Numbered from the stretch's first letter, positions 29,653 through 36,498 are shown. The stretch: DNA of 43,876 nt from a virus (IMGVR_UViG_3300020577_007897), one strand, 5' to 3'. The notes: a model not told the origin generated them from the sequence alone. Made by a program: numbers and translations.

Positions 29653-29781
29653 AAGGACTATGTGATGACGACACAATATTTGATTTTGGGCCTTATGTCC
29701 TTTACTATCTTTTGTCATTTTATTGAATGTTGGGTTGAAGAAGAACTACCTAAAATGGTAGATTTTCGATTTAATGATAAT

Positions 29782-29859
29782 GCTGCTATCTTCTAACTGG
29801 CCTAGGAAATCTGTTTCTCAGACAGAGTAATGCGGGTTCGAATCCCGTTAGCAGCTCCA
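29782..29859 (+). tRNA. tRNA-Glu(CTC)
   Basis: GCTGCTA/TAGCAGC, loop TT-CTC-AG, CCA. Confidence 0.9.
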
Positions 29860-29868
29860 ATAGGTATA

Positions 29869-30249
29869 ATGATTAAAACTTGCCCTAATTGTTCTGATGA
29901 GTTTAAAACAGGTAATTCTACAACAGTAATTTACTGTTCAAAAACTTGTCAAAAAATAACAAAAAGAGCTAAAGCAGTAAGAAGCTTTATAGATGGAAAG
30001 CTCTCGGATAGATCTTCAATAAGAATTTATCTCAAGCATTATTTTGGTGATAAGTGTGAAGAATGTGGTCTCTCAGAGTGGAGAGGACAAAAACTTTCTC
30101 TTGAAGTTGATCATATAGATGGAAATGCAAGTAACAATCTTCCCTCAAACGTAAGGTTACTATGCCCAAATTGCCACAGTATTACAGATACTTGGAAGGC
30201 AAAGAATAAAGGGCAAGGAAGAAAAAGTTTAGGATTAAAGCTCTCATAG
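29869..30249 (+). CDS. HNH endonuclease
   Basis: CPNC, YCSKTC, CEECG, LEVDHIDGNASNN...NVRLLCPNCH; stop overlaps tRNA-Thr 5' end. Confidence 0.9.
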   Translation: MIKTCPNCSDEFKTGNSTTVIYCSKTCQKITKRAKAVRSFIDGKLSDRSSIRIYLKHYFGDKCEECGLSEWRGQKLSLEVDHIDGNASNNLPSNVRLLCPNCHSITDTWKAKNKGQGRKSLGLKLS

Positions 30250-30314
30250 TGATAGTGGTAACACACCGATTTGGTATGTCGGTATCGAAAGTTCGATTCT
30301 TTCTGAGAGCACCA
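30240..30314 (+). tRNA. tRNA-Thr(GGT)
   Basis: GCTCTCA/TGAGAGC, loop TT-GGT-AT, CCA. Confidence 0.85.
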
Positions 30315-30385
30315 TATAGTGTTTCCCTCGAGCGGGAAAGCAGGTCGATATAGACTCCTAAAATGAATAAAACCGCCACTAATTT

Positions 30386-30462
30386 GCCGTCATAGTTTAT
30401 CACGATTAAAACAGTTCCCTCGTAAGGTACAGTATCGGGTTTGAGCCCTGGTGACGGCACCA
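30386..30462 (+). tRNA. tRNA-Thr(CGT)
   Basis: GCCGTCA/TGACGGC, loop CT-CGT-AA, atypical D and T loops, CCA. Confidence 0.75.
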
Positions 30463-30473
30463 AAAGGTATATA

Positions 30474-30695
30474 ATGCGCGAAAGAAGTTCTGAGCAAAAG
30501 CTAGTCGATATTCTCTTTGAATGTGTTATGATGATGCATGATAAAGAATATGGCAAAGCTCTGCTAGAAGCAGATAGAGATGATTTAGCGGCCTGGGTAA
30601 GAAGACAACTTGATGGTTGTGGATTTCCAAATGTGGGCCCAATGGGAATGTCTTGGTGTGTTTTAAAAAGTGAATTAGAGAAACGAAATGATTAA
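30474..30695 (+). CDS. hypothetical protein
   Basis: SD AAGG; WVRRQL..CGF..GPMG.SW. Confidence 0.6.
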   Translation: MRERSSEQKLVDILFECVMMMHDKEYGKALLEADRDDLAAWVRRQLDGCGFPNVGPMGMSWCVLKSELEKRND

Positions 30696-30868
30696 ATCTT
30701 ATCTTGAAAAGCGTGATAATGGTAAATATTCTAATACAATGTTTGTAACTGAGTTAACTATTGTTGCAGCTATTCTTTATAGTTTGACTTTTCTCATTTA
30801 ATTTTTTAAACATAACCGTTTTGACTGCCTAAATAAATTTACAGTAAACATTAATAAATTGGAATTCA

Positions 30869-31063
30869 ATGGATCCCGCATACGTCAAATTAGCAATTGA
30901 GATTGTTTTGATGCTCGCATCAAAGCATCCTCAAGCTTTGCTTGATATTTTGACAAAAGCCGGTCCAGAATTGGCCAATAAGCTTGAAACAATATTTAAA
31001 AATATTGAAGTAAAGCCAGCAAGCTCTTATCTCGATGAGCAGAATAGGAACGCCTCGGGATAA
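30869..31063 (+). CDS. hypothetical protein
   Basis: CCTAAATA upstream (about 30828). Confidence 0.5.
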   Translation: MDPAYVKLAIEIVLMLASKHPQALLDILTKAGPELANKLETIFKNIEVKPASSYLDEQNRNASG

Positions 31064-31091
31064 TAGAATCGAAAAAATTCGATAACCTTAT

Positions 31092-31171
31092 AACAGGTTT
31101 TTCTACTTGCTGCGATAATAAGGACCTTGGTGGGCCTGGAAGTCATTGATCAGCAAGTAGAAAAACCTGTT
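31092..31171. repeat. perfect 21-bp inverted repeat with 38-nt spacer
   Basis: AACAGGTTTTTCTACTTGCTG (31092-31112) / CAGCAAGTAGAAAAACCTGTT (31151-31171). Confidence 0.9.
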
Positions 31172-31198
31172 GCTGTTTGGAACAAGGTAGACTATATT
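31170..31198 (+). promoter_or_regulatory. sigma70-type promoter TTGCTG-N17-TATATT
   Basis: same TAGAC-TAT context as other copies; upstream of Tyr tRNA cluster. Confidence 0.5.
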
Positions 31199-31281
31199 AA
31201 GACTATGATGAAGTGATGAGTTGCATGTCCTAGCCTTGTTGCTGTGTAGATTTGCGATAAATTACTTCATCTAAAGAATTT

Positions 31282-31365
31282 GGAGTGTGATCGACGGGTG
31301 GTCCTGTCTACGGTCTGTAAAACCGGAGCCTTGTGCATGTGGTTCGATTCCATCACACTCCACCA
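31282..31365 (+). tRNA. tRNA-Tyr(GTA)
   Basis: GGAGTGT/ACACTCC, loop CT-GTA-AA, long variable arm, CCA. Confidence 0.9.
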
Positions 31366-31371
31366 AAATAT

Positions 31372-31449
31372 GCATCGGTCGTCTAACCGGCCTAGGACAC
31401 CTGGCTTTCAATCAGGGTAATGCGAGTTCGAATCTCGTCCGATGCACCA
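31372..31449 (+). tRNA. tRNA-Glu(TTC)
   Basis: GCATCGG/CCGATGC, loop CT-TTC-AA, CCA. Confidence 0.92.
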
Positions 31450-31469
31450 AATTTATGTGAGAGTAGTGC

Positions 31470-31543
31470 TCTGGTGTAGCACAATTGGTAGTTGCGTGTG
31501 GCTGTTAACCACAATGTTGTAGGTTCGAGTCCTACCTCCAGAG
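31470..31543 (+). tRNA. tRNA-Asn(GTT), no encoded CCA, acceptor stem extended (31457-31555)
   Basis: loop CT-GTT-AA; flanks GTGAGAGTAG/CTACTCTCAC pair. Confidence 0.8.
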
Positions 31544-31559
31544 CTCTACTCTCACGAAT

Positions 31560-31634
31560 ACCCTGTTGGTATATGGGTTAAAACAACGGTCTGTCTAACC
31601 GTTAAAACGGGTTCGAGTCCCGTACAGGGTGCCA
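31560..31634 (+). tRNA. tRNA-Asp(GTC)
   Basis: ACCCTGT/ACAGGGT, loop CT-GTC-TA, G73, CCA. Confidence 0.9.
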
Positions 31635-31651
31635 ATTTATAGGATGAACAA

Positions 31652-31870
31652 ATGAGACTTAATGTTGAATTTGTAGAGCTAGATGAAGTACCTCAAGAGG
31701 GAAAAGAGTTAGCTCAGCTTTTGGTAGATGCTAATCTAGCAGAATCCAAAACAAAAGCACGCCAATCTATTAAAGATGGCGCTGTGAAAATTAACGACCG
31801 TAAGGTCACAGACGCTTTTGCGAGACTTGTTTCGCATGAGAGTCGATACTTCTTGATGCAAAAGAAGTAG
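31652..31870 (+). CDS. stand-alone S4 RNA-binding domain protein (TyrRS C-terminal-like)
   Basis: LAQLLVDANLAESKTKARQSIKDGAVKINDRKVTD matches S4 pattern. Confidence 0.8.
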   Translation: MRLNVEFVELDEVPQEGKELAQLLVDANLAESKTKARQSIKDGAVKINDRKVTDAFARLVSHESRYFLMQKK

Positions 31871-31898
31871 TGCTCTTTTGATAATTGAAACGAATAAT

Positions 31899-31974
31899 GG
31901 ACCGGTAGTTCAGCGGTAGTAACAAGAGACTCTTAATCTCTGTGTCGTGGGTTCGATCCCCACCCGGTCCTCCA
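31899..31974 (+). tRNA. tRNA-Lys(CTT)
   Basis: GGACCGG/CCGGTCC, loop CT-CTT-AA, CCA. Confidence 0.92.
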
Positions 31975-32125
31975 ATATTCTATTGCAGCAACACACCTCT
32001 TTACTGCTATAAGAGGAACTATAAAACGACTGGGCTAGTCGTCATTGGCGTGACAGTCAATGATCTAGGATAGCAGCTAGATAGGGTTCAAATCCCAATA
32101 GTTACGTGTTGCTTCAATAGAATAT
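31975..32125 (+). ncRNA. structured Y-RNA-like ncRNA
   Basis: 19-bp closing stem with one mismatch (ATATTCTATTG-C-AGCAACAC / GTGTTGCT-T-CAATAGAATAT) enclosing five hairpins including GGG-TTCAAAT-CCC. Confidence 0.75.
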
Positions 32126-32126
32126 T

Positions 32127-32200
32127 GCGGTATTGGCACATGGGTTGTGCTCCAGCCTTCCAAGCTGGCTAAAAGGGTTCGAGTCCCTTATACCGCTCCA
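32127..32200 (+). tRNA. tRNA-Gly(TCC)
   Basis: GCGGTAT/ATACCGC, loop CT-TCC-AA, U73, CCA. Confidence 0.92.
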
Positions 32201-32217
32201 ATAATGCTGGTGTAAAT

Positions 32218-32613
32218 ATGCAAACAATTTGTCTTAATTGCAATGTTGAATTTACTTTTAACAAGTCAAGTTCAAAAGGAAAATTTTGTTCATCGAAATG
32301 CAATGGTGAATATACACAAAATCAAAATATAAAATTCTGGTTATCAGAAAAATTTATACCCAGTTCTTATATTGATAGATCTACTTTAAGAAAGTATCTC
32401 TCAAGTACAAGAGGATATAAATGTGAAATATGTGCCTTGTCTGAATGGCAAGGCAAAAAAATTACATTAGAGGTTGATCACATTAACGGCTTGTCAAACG
32501 ACAATAGTCCTAAAAATGTTCGACTACTTTGCCCTAATTGTCACTCTCAAACACCTTTTAGAGGACAAGCAAACAAAGGAAGAGGTAGAAAATCTCTAGG
32601 TGTAAAATATTAA
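32218..32613 (+). CDS. HNH endonuclease
   Basis: CLNC, FCSSKC, CEIC, LEVDHINGLSNDN...NVRLLCPNCHSQT. Confidence 0.9.
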   Translation: MQTICLNCNVEFTFNKSSSKGKFCSSKCNGEYTQNQNIKFWLSEKFIPSSYIDRSTLRKYLSSTRGYKCEICALSEWQGKKITLEVDHINGLSNDNSPKNVRLLCPNCHSQTPFRGQANKGRGRKSLGVKY

Positions 32614-32614
32614 C

Positions 32615-32688
32615 GCGGCTGTAGTATAAAGGTATTACGTGACGTTGCCAACGTTGAGAAGTCGGATCGTTACCGATCAGCCGCTCCA
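32615..32688 (+). tRNA. tRNA-Gly(GCC)
   Basis: GCGGCTG/CAGCCGC, loop TT-GCC-AA, T loop ATCGTTA, CCA. Confidence 0.88.
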
Positions 32689-32693
32689 AATAT

Positions 32694-32768
32694 GGGCTCA
32701 TAGTGATAATGGGAGCACACCGGTTTTGCACTCCGGAAGTAAGAGTTCGATTCTCTTTGGGTCCACCA
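32694..32768 (+). tRNA. tRNA-Ala(TGC)
   Basis: G3:U70 present, loop TT-TGC-AC, CCA. Confidence 0.88.
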
Positions 32769-32775
32769 TATTAAT

Positions 32776-32858
32776 GCACACGTAACCGTTCCCGGCTACG
32801 AACCGGACAGACGTAAAAGGAGTTGTAAATGCAGGTTCGATCCCTGTCGTGTGCTCCA
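32776..32858 (+). tRNA. D-armless tRNA-Arg(ACG)-like RNA with long variable region
   Basis: GCACACG/CGTGTGC, loop CT-ACG-AA, normal T arm, CCA, no D stem. Confidence 0.65.
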
Positions 32859-32859
32859 T

Positions 32860-32936
32860 GCTCCTGTAGCCCAATTGGCAGAGGCAACAGATTCAAAACC
32901 TGTTTAGTGTCAGTTCGAGTCTGACTAGGAGTACCA
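32860..32936 (+). tRNA. tRNA-Leu(CAA), short variable loop
   Basis: loop TT-CAA-AA, CCA. Confidence 0.82.
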
Positions 32937-32937
32937 A

Positions 32938-33333
32938 TTAACCTTTCTCGTGATGATATCCATCAAAGCGAGAAGCAAAAGAATGAGTCTTTAATTCGTC
33001 AGGCGAATGAAAAGATTTAACTGTGGGTACAGAGCTCTTAGGAGTTCTAGAAACTGTAACGGCCATATGCTTTCCTGGTAAACCTTCGTCATGAAGTTTA
33101 TCTTGAATATCAGCATGTAGTCCGTGGTCTGCATTCCAAAAGTAAGCATGCTGTTCGCCATTATCATGATGCGTTAGAATGCCACGAATGCTTTTGTGAT
33201 CAGATTGATGAATCATACGCAGCATATCATTGCGCGATGGATTCTTGATAACAGTTGTCTCTGGCACTCTTGGGTAGAGTGATTTATAAGTAGCATGAAA
33301 TGCTTCTTTGATGAACTGATAGAATGATATCAT
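32938..33333 (-). CDS. late protein with capsid-targeting-like N-terminus, antisense to tRNA array
   Basis: minus-strand CTAAATA and AAGGAG upstream; MISFYQFIKEA. Confidence 0.7.
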   Translation of the reverse strand: MISFYQFIKEAFHATYKSLYPRVPETTVIKNPSRNDMLRMIHQSDHKSIRGILTHHDNGEQHAYFWNADHGLHADIQDKLHDEGLPGKHMAVTVSRTPKSSVPTVKSFHSPDELKTHSFASRFDGYHHEKG

Positions 33334-33357
33334 TGGAGCTCCTTTTAAAAGTATTTA

Positions 33358-33433
33358 GCCTACGTAGTCCAGCGGCAGAGACAGGCGACTTAAAATCGCT
33401 CCAGGGTGGGTTCGAATCCCTCGGTAGGCACCA
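33358..33433 (+). tRNA. tRNA-Leu(TAA), short variable loop
   Basis: loop CT-TAA-AA, CCA. Confidence 0.85.
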
Positions 33434-33438
33434 ATTAT

Positions 33439-33548
33439 GCGCTTTGCAGTAGTGGTAATCTGCGGATCTCTTCGAAATCGGTCGGCGTTGTGCACGACAA
33501 AGATATGGAACGATTGATCGGATGGTTCGAAACCATCATTGCGCTCCA
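33439..33548 (+). tRNA. 110-nt tRNA-like RNA, Arg(TCG)-like with large insert
   Basis: D arm GCAG/CTGC, CT-TCG-AA loop on a poor stem, about 35-nt insert, T arm GATGG-TTCGAAA-CCATC, CCA. Confidence 0.5.
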
Positions 33549-33556
33549 AAGAATAT

Positions 33557-33633
33557 GCGACGGTCTTCTAACGGCCTAGGAAAACAGACTTTCAATCTGT
33601 GCAATGCGGGTTCGACTCCCGTCCGTCGCACCA
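33557..33633 (+). tRNA. tRNA-Glu(TTC), second copy
   Basis: GCGACGG/CCGTCGC, loop CT-TTC-AA, CCA. Confidence 0.92.
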
Positions 33634-33713
33634 AATTCTCAATTGGGTTTTCCACAGCACTTGGGGCTGAGTAATATGGAGTAACAGGTAAATTTGGTTG
33701 AGAAACTTTTAAT

Positions 33714-33796
33714 GGACCGGGAACGTAAAGTCAGGCTGGGCCGACAACGGGCTTTTAATCCGTGCGTAAGGGGATCGTAACCTCCCCGGTTCTCCA
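33714..33796 (+). tRNA. tRNA-Lys(TTT), enlarged D region
   Basis: GGACCGG/CCGGTTC, loop CT-TTT-AA, T loop ATCGTAA, CCA. Confidence 0.7.
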
Positions 33797-33800
33797 ATTT

Positions 33801-33878
33801 AGTATAAGTTCGTTAGAATTTGGGCGATTAAAGTGACGTAACGGCACTAGCGCTGGTGTAACCGTCTCCGCTTATACT
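33801..33878 (+). ncRNA. putative tRNA-sized structured RNA
   Basis: 8-bp terminal stem AGTATAAG/CTTATACT filling the slot between two tRNAs. Confidence 0.4.
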
Positions 33879-33887
33879 AAACAAATT

Positions 33888-33980
33888 GCTTCTATAGTGT
33901 AACGGTCAGCACACGGTCCTTATAAGGCCGCATCGCCAGATTAGCGAGTAGTCTTGGTTCGAATCCAAGTAGAAGCACCA
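33888..33980 (+). tRNA. tRNA-Ile(TAT) with long variable arm
   Basis: GCTTCTA/TAGAAGC, CGGTC-CT-TAT-AA-GGCCG, TCGC/GCGA variable stem, CCA. Confidence 0.8.
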
Positions 33981-33993
33981 ATATGAGGAATGA

Positions 33994-34797
33994 ATGGCTG
34001 CCATTATTCAAACCATGGTCAATTATCTTGACCCATCTGTCAAAGAACCTTTTAGGTATTGGACAAATGAAGATGGGAAGATGGTTAAGCATACAAATAT
34101 TGTTTACAAACCTCAGAGAGTAATTGTTCACAATATTAGAGAATGTTTGCTCAAGCCAGATTTGCAGAATAATGGCTTTACATATCTGAAACAAAAGACT
34201 GCAGTAACAGATTTTTATAATGATGAACACGTTCGAGACGTATACTACAAAGAAGTAATGCAACTAGTCAAAGATATGACAGGTGCAGAAATTGTAAGCC
34301 CGTTTAAAGCAGGCTGTGGAAATATAGTAGATACTCATTGTATTAGATCTCGCAAGCAAGGATATCCAATCTTTGAAGTGCACGTTGATCAAACAAAGGA
34401 GTCAGGTGAACAGCGATTGGAACAGCTGTTTCCTGGAAAATATAAAGACAGACGCGTTCAAGTTATTAATGTGTGGAGACCAGTAAAAGGTCCACTTAAT
34501 GATGTACCGCTAGCAGTTGTGGATGCTGCTACTGTAAATGATCAAACAGATTTAGCATATTCTAGCTTGAAGTATGCTGATCTCGATGGATCTACTTACA
34601 AAGTGTATTATAATGAAGGACATGCATGGTACTACATGCCGGCTATGGAAGTAGACGATGTAATGTTGTTTAAGTGCTATGACTCGGATGAAACAAGTAA
34701 GACTAGATTTGCTCCTCATTCAGCGATTCTAGACCCAACTGTCTCAAAGTTCATCATGAGAGAAAGCATTGAAATGAGAATTTTGGCAATAATTTAA
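33994..34797 (+). CDS. CmcJ/NvfI-like Fe(II)/2OG-type oxidoreductase, paralog 2
   Basis: VHVDQ, VQVINVWRPV, DVPLAVVD, HAWYYMPAM..D..LFKCYDS, PHSA, RESIEMR. Confidence 0.75.
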   Translation: MAAIIQTMVNYLDPSVKEPFRYWTNEDGKMVKHTNIVYKPQRVIVHNIRECLLKPDLQNNGFTYLKQKTAVTDFYNDEHVRDVYYKEVMQLVKDMTGAEIVSPFKAGCGNIVDTHCIRSRKQGYPIFEVHVDQTKESGEQRLEQLFPGKYKDRRVQVINVWRPVKGPLNDVPLAVVDAATVNDQTDLAYSSLKYADLDGSTYKVYYNEGHAWYYMPAMEVDDVMLFKCYDSDETSKTRFAPHSAILDPTVSKFIMRESIEMRILAII

Positions 34798-34801
34798 TTG
34801 A

Positions 34802-34875
34802 TGCCCCATCGTATAATGGAAGTATACTTGGCTCTGAACCAAGTGGCGTAGGATCGATACCTGCTGGGGCTTCCA
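34802..34875 (+). tRNA. tRNA-Gln(CTG)
   Basis: loop CT-CTG-AA, T1:T72, T loop ATCGATA, CCA. Confidence 0.88.
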
Positions 34876-34892
34876 ATTTTAAAGAGAAGAAA

Positions 34893-35273
34893 ATGTTTGA
34901 GATTGGTGAAAAAGTTATTTGTGTAAATAACAAGCCCTGGAAACCAAATTGGGACCCGCCTTCAGGAATTGAAGAAGGTGTTGTTTATACGATTAAAGGT
35001 TTTGGATCCTGGGATATTGAAGGAGCACCAGTAACAATTGTATATCTTTATGAGGTACAAAATCCTGGTGAAGAGTACATTTTTGAAGCTGAAAGCCTAG
35101 GTTATACTTTAGAAGATTTGGAAGATATTGGATACGTTGCTGGACGCTTTAGAAAGCTGATCAAAAAGAAGCAGAGTATCGAAATCTTTCAACAGATCAG
35201 AAAGAATGTAGAGGATAACGCCCACATCTATAGCGTAATTCCTCAAGATGAATTAGAGAAATATATGCAATAA
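34893..35273 (+). CDS. hypothetical protein
   Basis: MFEIGEKVICVN...GVVYTI...RFRKL. Confidence 0.7.
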   Translation: MFEIGEKVICVNNKPWKPNWDPPSGIEEGVVYTIKGFGSWDIEGAPVTIVYLYEVQNPGEEYIFEAESLGYTLEDLEDIGYVAGRFRKLIKKKQSIEIFQQIRKNVEDNAHIYSVIPQDELEKYMQ

Positions 35274-35274
35274 T

Positions 35275-35356
35275 GCACTTGTGGTGAAACGGTAGACACG
35301 TTAGTCTTAGAAACTAATGCTTCGGCGTGGGGGTTCGAGTCCCTCCAGGTGCACCA
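35275..35356 (+). tRNA. tRNA-Leu(TAG)
   Basis: loop CT-TAG-AA, long variable arm, CCA. Confidence 0.93.
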
Positions 35357-35363
35357 AATAAAT

Positions 35364-35439
35364 GGCCACGTAGCTCAATGGAAAGAGCAAAGAGCTTCTA
35401 CCTCTTAGGTTGTGGGTTCGAGTCCTACCGTGGTCGCCA
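35364..35439 (+). tRNA. tRNA-Arg(TCT)
   Basis: loop CT-TCT-AC, CCA. Confidence 0.93.
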
Positions 35440-35445
35440 TTTTAT

Positions 35446-35519
35446 GCTGCTGTAGTTCAAAGGTAGAACGTCTGTTTGTGGCACAGAAGACCTAGGATCG
35501 TTACCTAGCTGCAGTACCA
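35446..35519 (+). tRNA. tRNA-His(GTG) without G-1
   Basis: loop TT-GTG-GC; preceded by T; G1:U72, A73. Confidence 0.85.
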
Positions 35520-35525
35520 GAATAT

Positions 35526-35599
35526 GCTGAATTAGTTCAATGGTAGAACGCTAGTTTTGTAATCTAGATACAAGGGTTCGATTCCTTTATTCAGCACCA
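35526..35599 (+). tRNA. tRNA-Thr(TGT)
   Basis: GCTGAAT/ATTCAGC, loop TT-TGT-AA, CCA. Confidence 0.9.
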
Positions 35600-35618
35600 T
35601 TTTAATATAGGTGTAGTC

Positions 35619-36104
35619 ATGAGAAAAAAGTTAGACATCCAGAAAGTGAAAGAGTTCCTTTCTCAGCAGAGCAAGGAGTCTAAGGTATATATTGGTTGTG
35701 ACTCTGTGCGTTATCGCCGTAAGGGCGAGTGGTTCGCAGACTACGCTCTAGTAATTGTTGTCCATATGGACGGCAAGCACGGTTGTAAGATCTTTGGTGA
35801 GGTTACAACTGAGAAAGATTATTCAGTTACTAAGGGTAAGAAGCCTAAGCCTTCATTCCGATTGATGAATGAGTGCTACAAGGTATCAGAGGCATATCTT
35901 GAGTTGTACGACGTCCTTGCTGATCGCGAAGTAGAAATCCATTTGGACATCAACCCAAATCCTAAGTTCGCATCTAGCGAAGTTGTACAGCAGGCTGTTG
36001 GTTATATTCGTGGTACTTGCGATATTGATCCTAAGGTTAAGCCAGAAGCTTTCGCAGCTTCTTATGCTGCTGATAGGTTCAACGCAACGCAGCACGCAAT
36101 ATAA
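35619..36104 (+). CDS. YkuK-like RNase H-fold protein
   Basis: VYIGCDS, VVHMDGKHGCKIFG, RLMNE, EIHLDIN, ASYAAD. Confidence 0.8.
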   Translation: MRKKLDIQKVKEFLSQQSKESKVYIGCDSVRYRRKGEWFADYALVIVVHMDGKHGCKIFGEVTTEKDYSVTKGKKPKPSFRLMNECYKVSEAYLELYDVLADREVEIHLDINPNPKFASSEVVQQAVGYIRGTCDIDPKVKPEAFAASYAADRFNATQHAI

Positions 36105-36267
36105 ATAGAATACTACCTTGAACGCGTTAGTTGATAAGGTAGTTCCATCCCGCTTAGCCGTCGGGGTTTATAAATAGCGCGAAACGGAGCGGAGAGAGTC
36201 GACTGATTCGTTCTCAGTGCGCGTTGGTGAAGATCAAGCTAACGGCGTCAAATTCAAAGAGGGTTTA

Positions 36268-36498
36268 ATGCAGTTCACTGTTCACAAAGGTGTTAAGTAT
36301 GCTGCGGAGATCAAGCTCTCCGGTTTTGAAACTATCGCTTCCGATGACTATATTGCACAGCAATTTGAGGAAGCTGGTTTTGTTAATGTAGTAGTTCATT
36401 CGATCAGAGATGATCTACGAATTGCGTACGGTGTCTGGAACGGAGCGGACACTTCTGCCAATCTTCCAGAACAGGTTGTATACGTTGAGGAAGCTTAA
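36268..36498 (+). CDS. hypothetical protein, paralog of 37309-37545
   Basis: DDYIAQQFEEAGFVNV.V...AYGVWNG; TATAAATA at about 36103 and 36169. Confidence 0.7.
   Translation: MQFTVHKGVKYAAEIKLSGFETIASDDYIAQQFEEAGFVNVVVHSIRDDLRIAYGVWNGADTSANLPEQVVYVEEA

Noticed and set aside
33636-33704. Additional CAGCA-family cassette (TTCTCAATT/GGTTGAGAA stem containing ACAGCAC)
   Set aside because: The motif is not adjacent to the stem as in other copies and there is no recognisable internal structure; too weak to call
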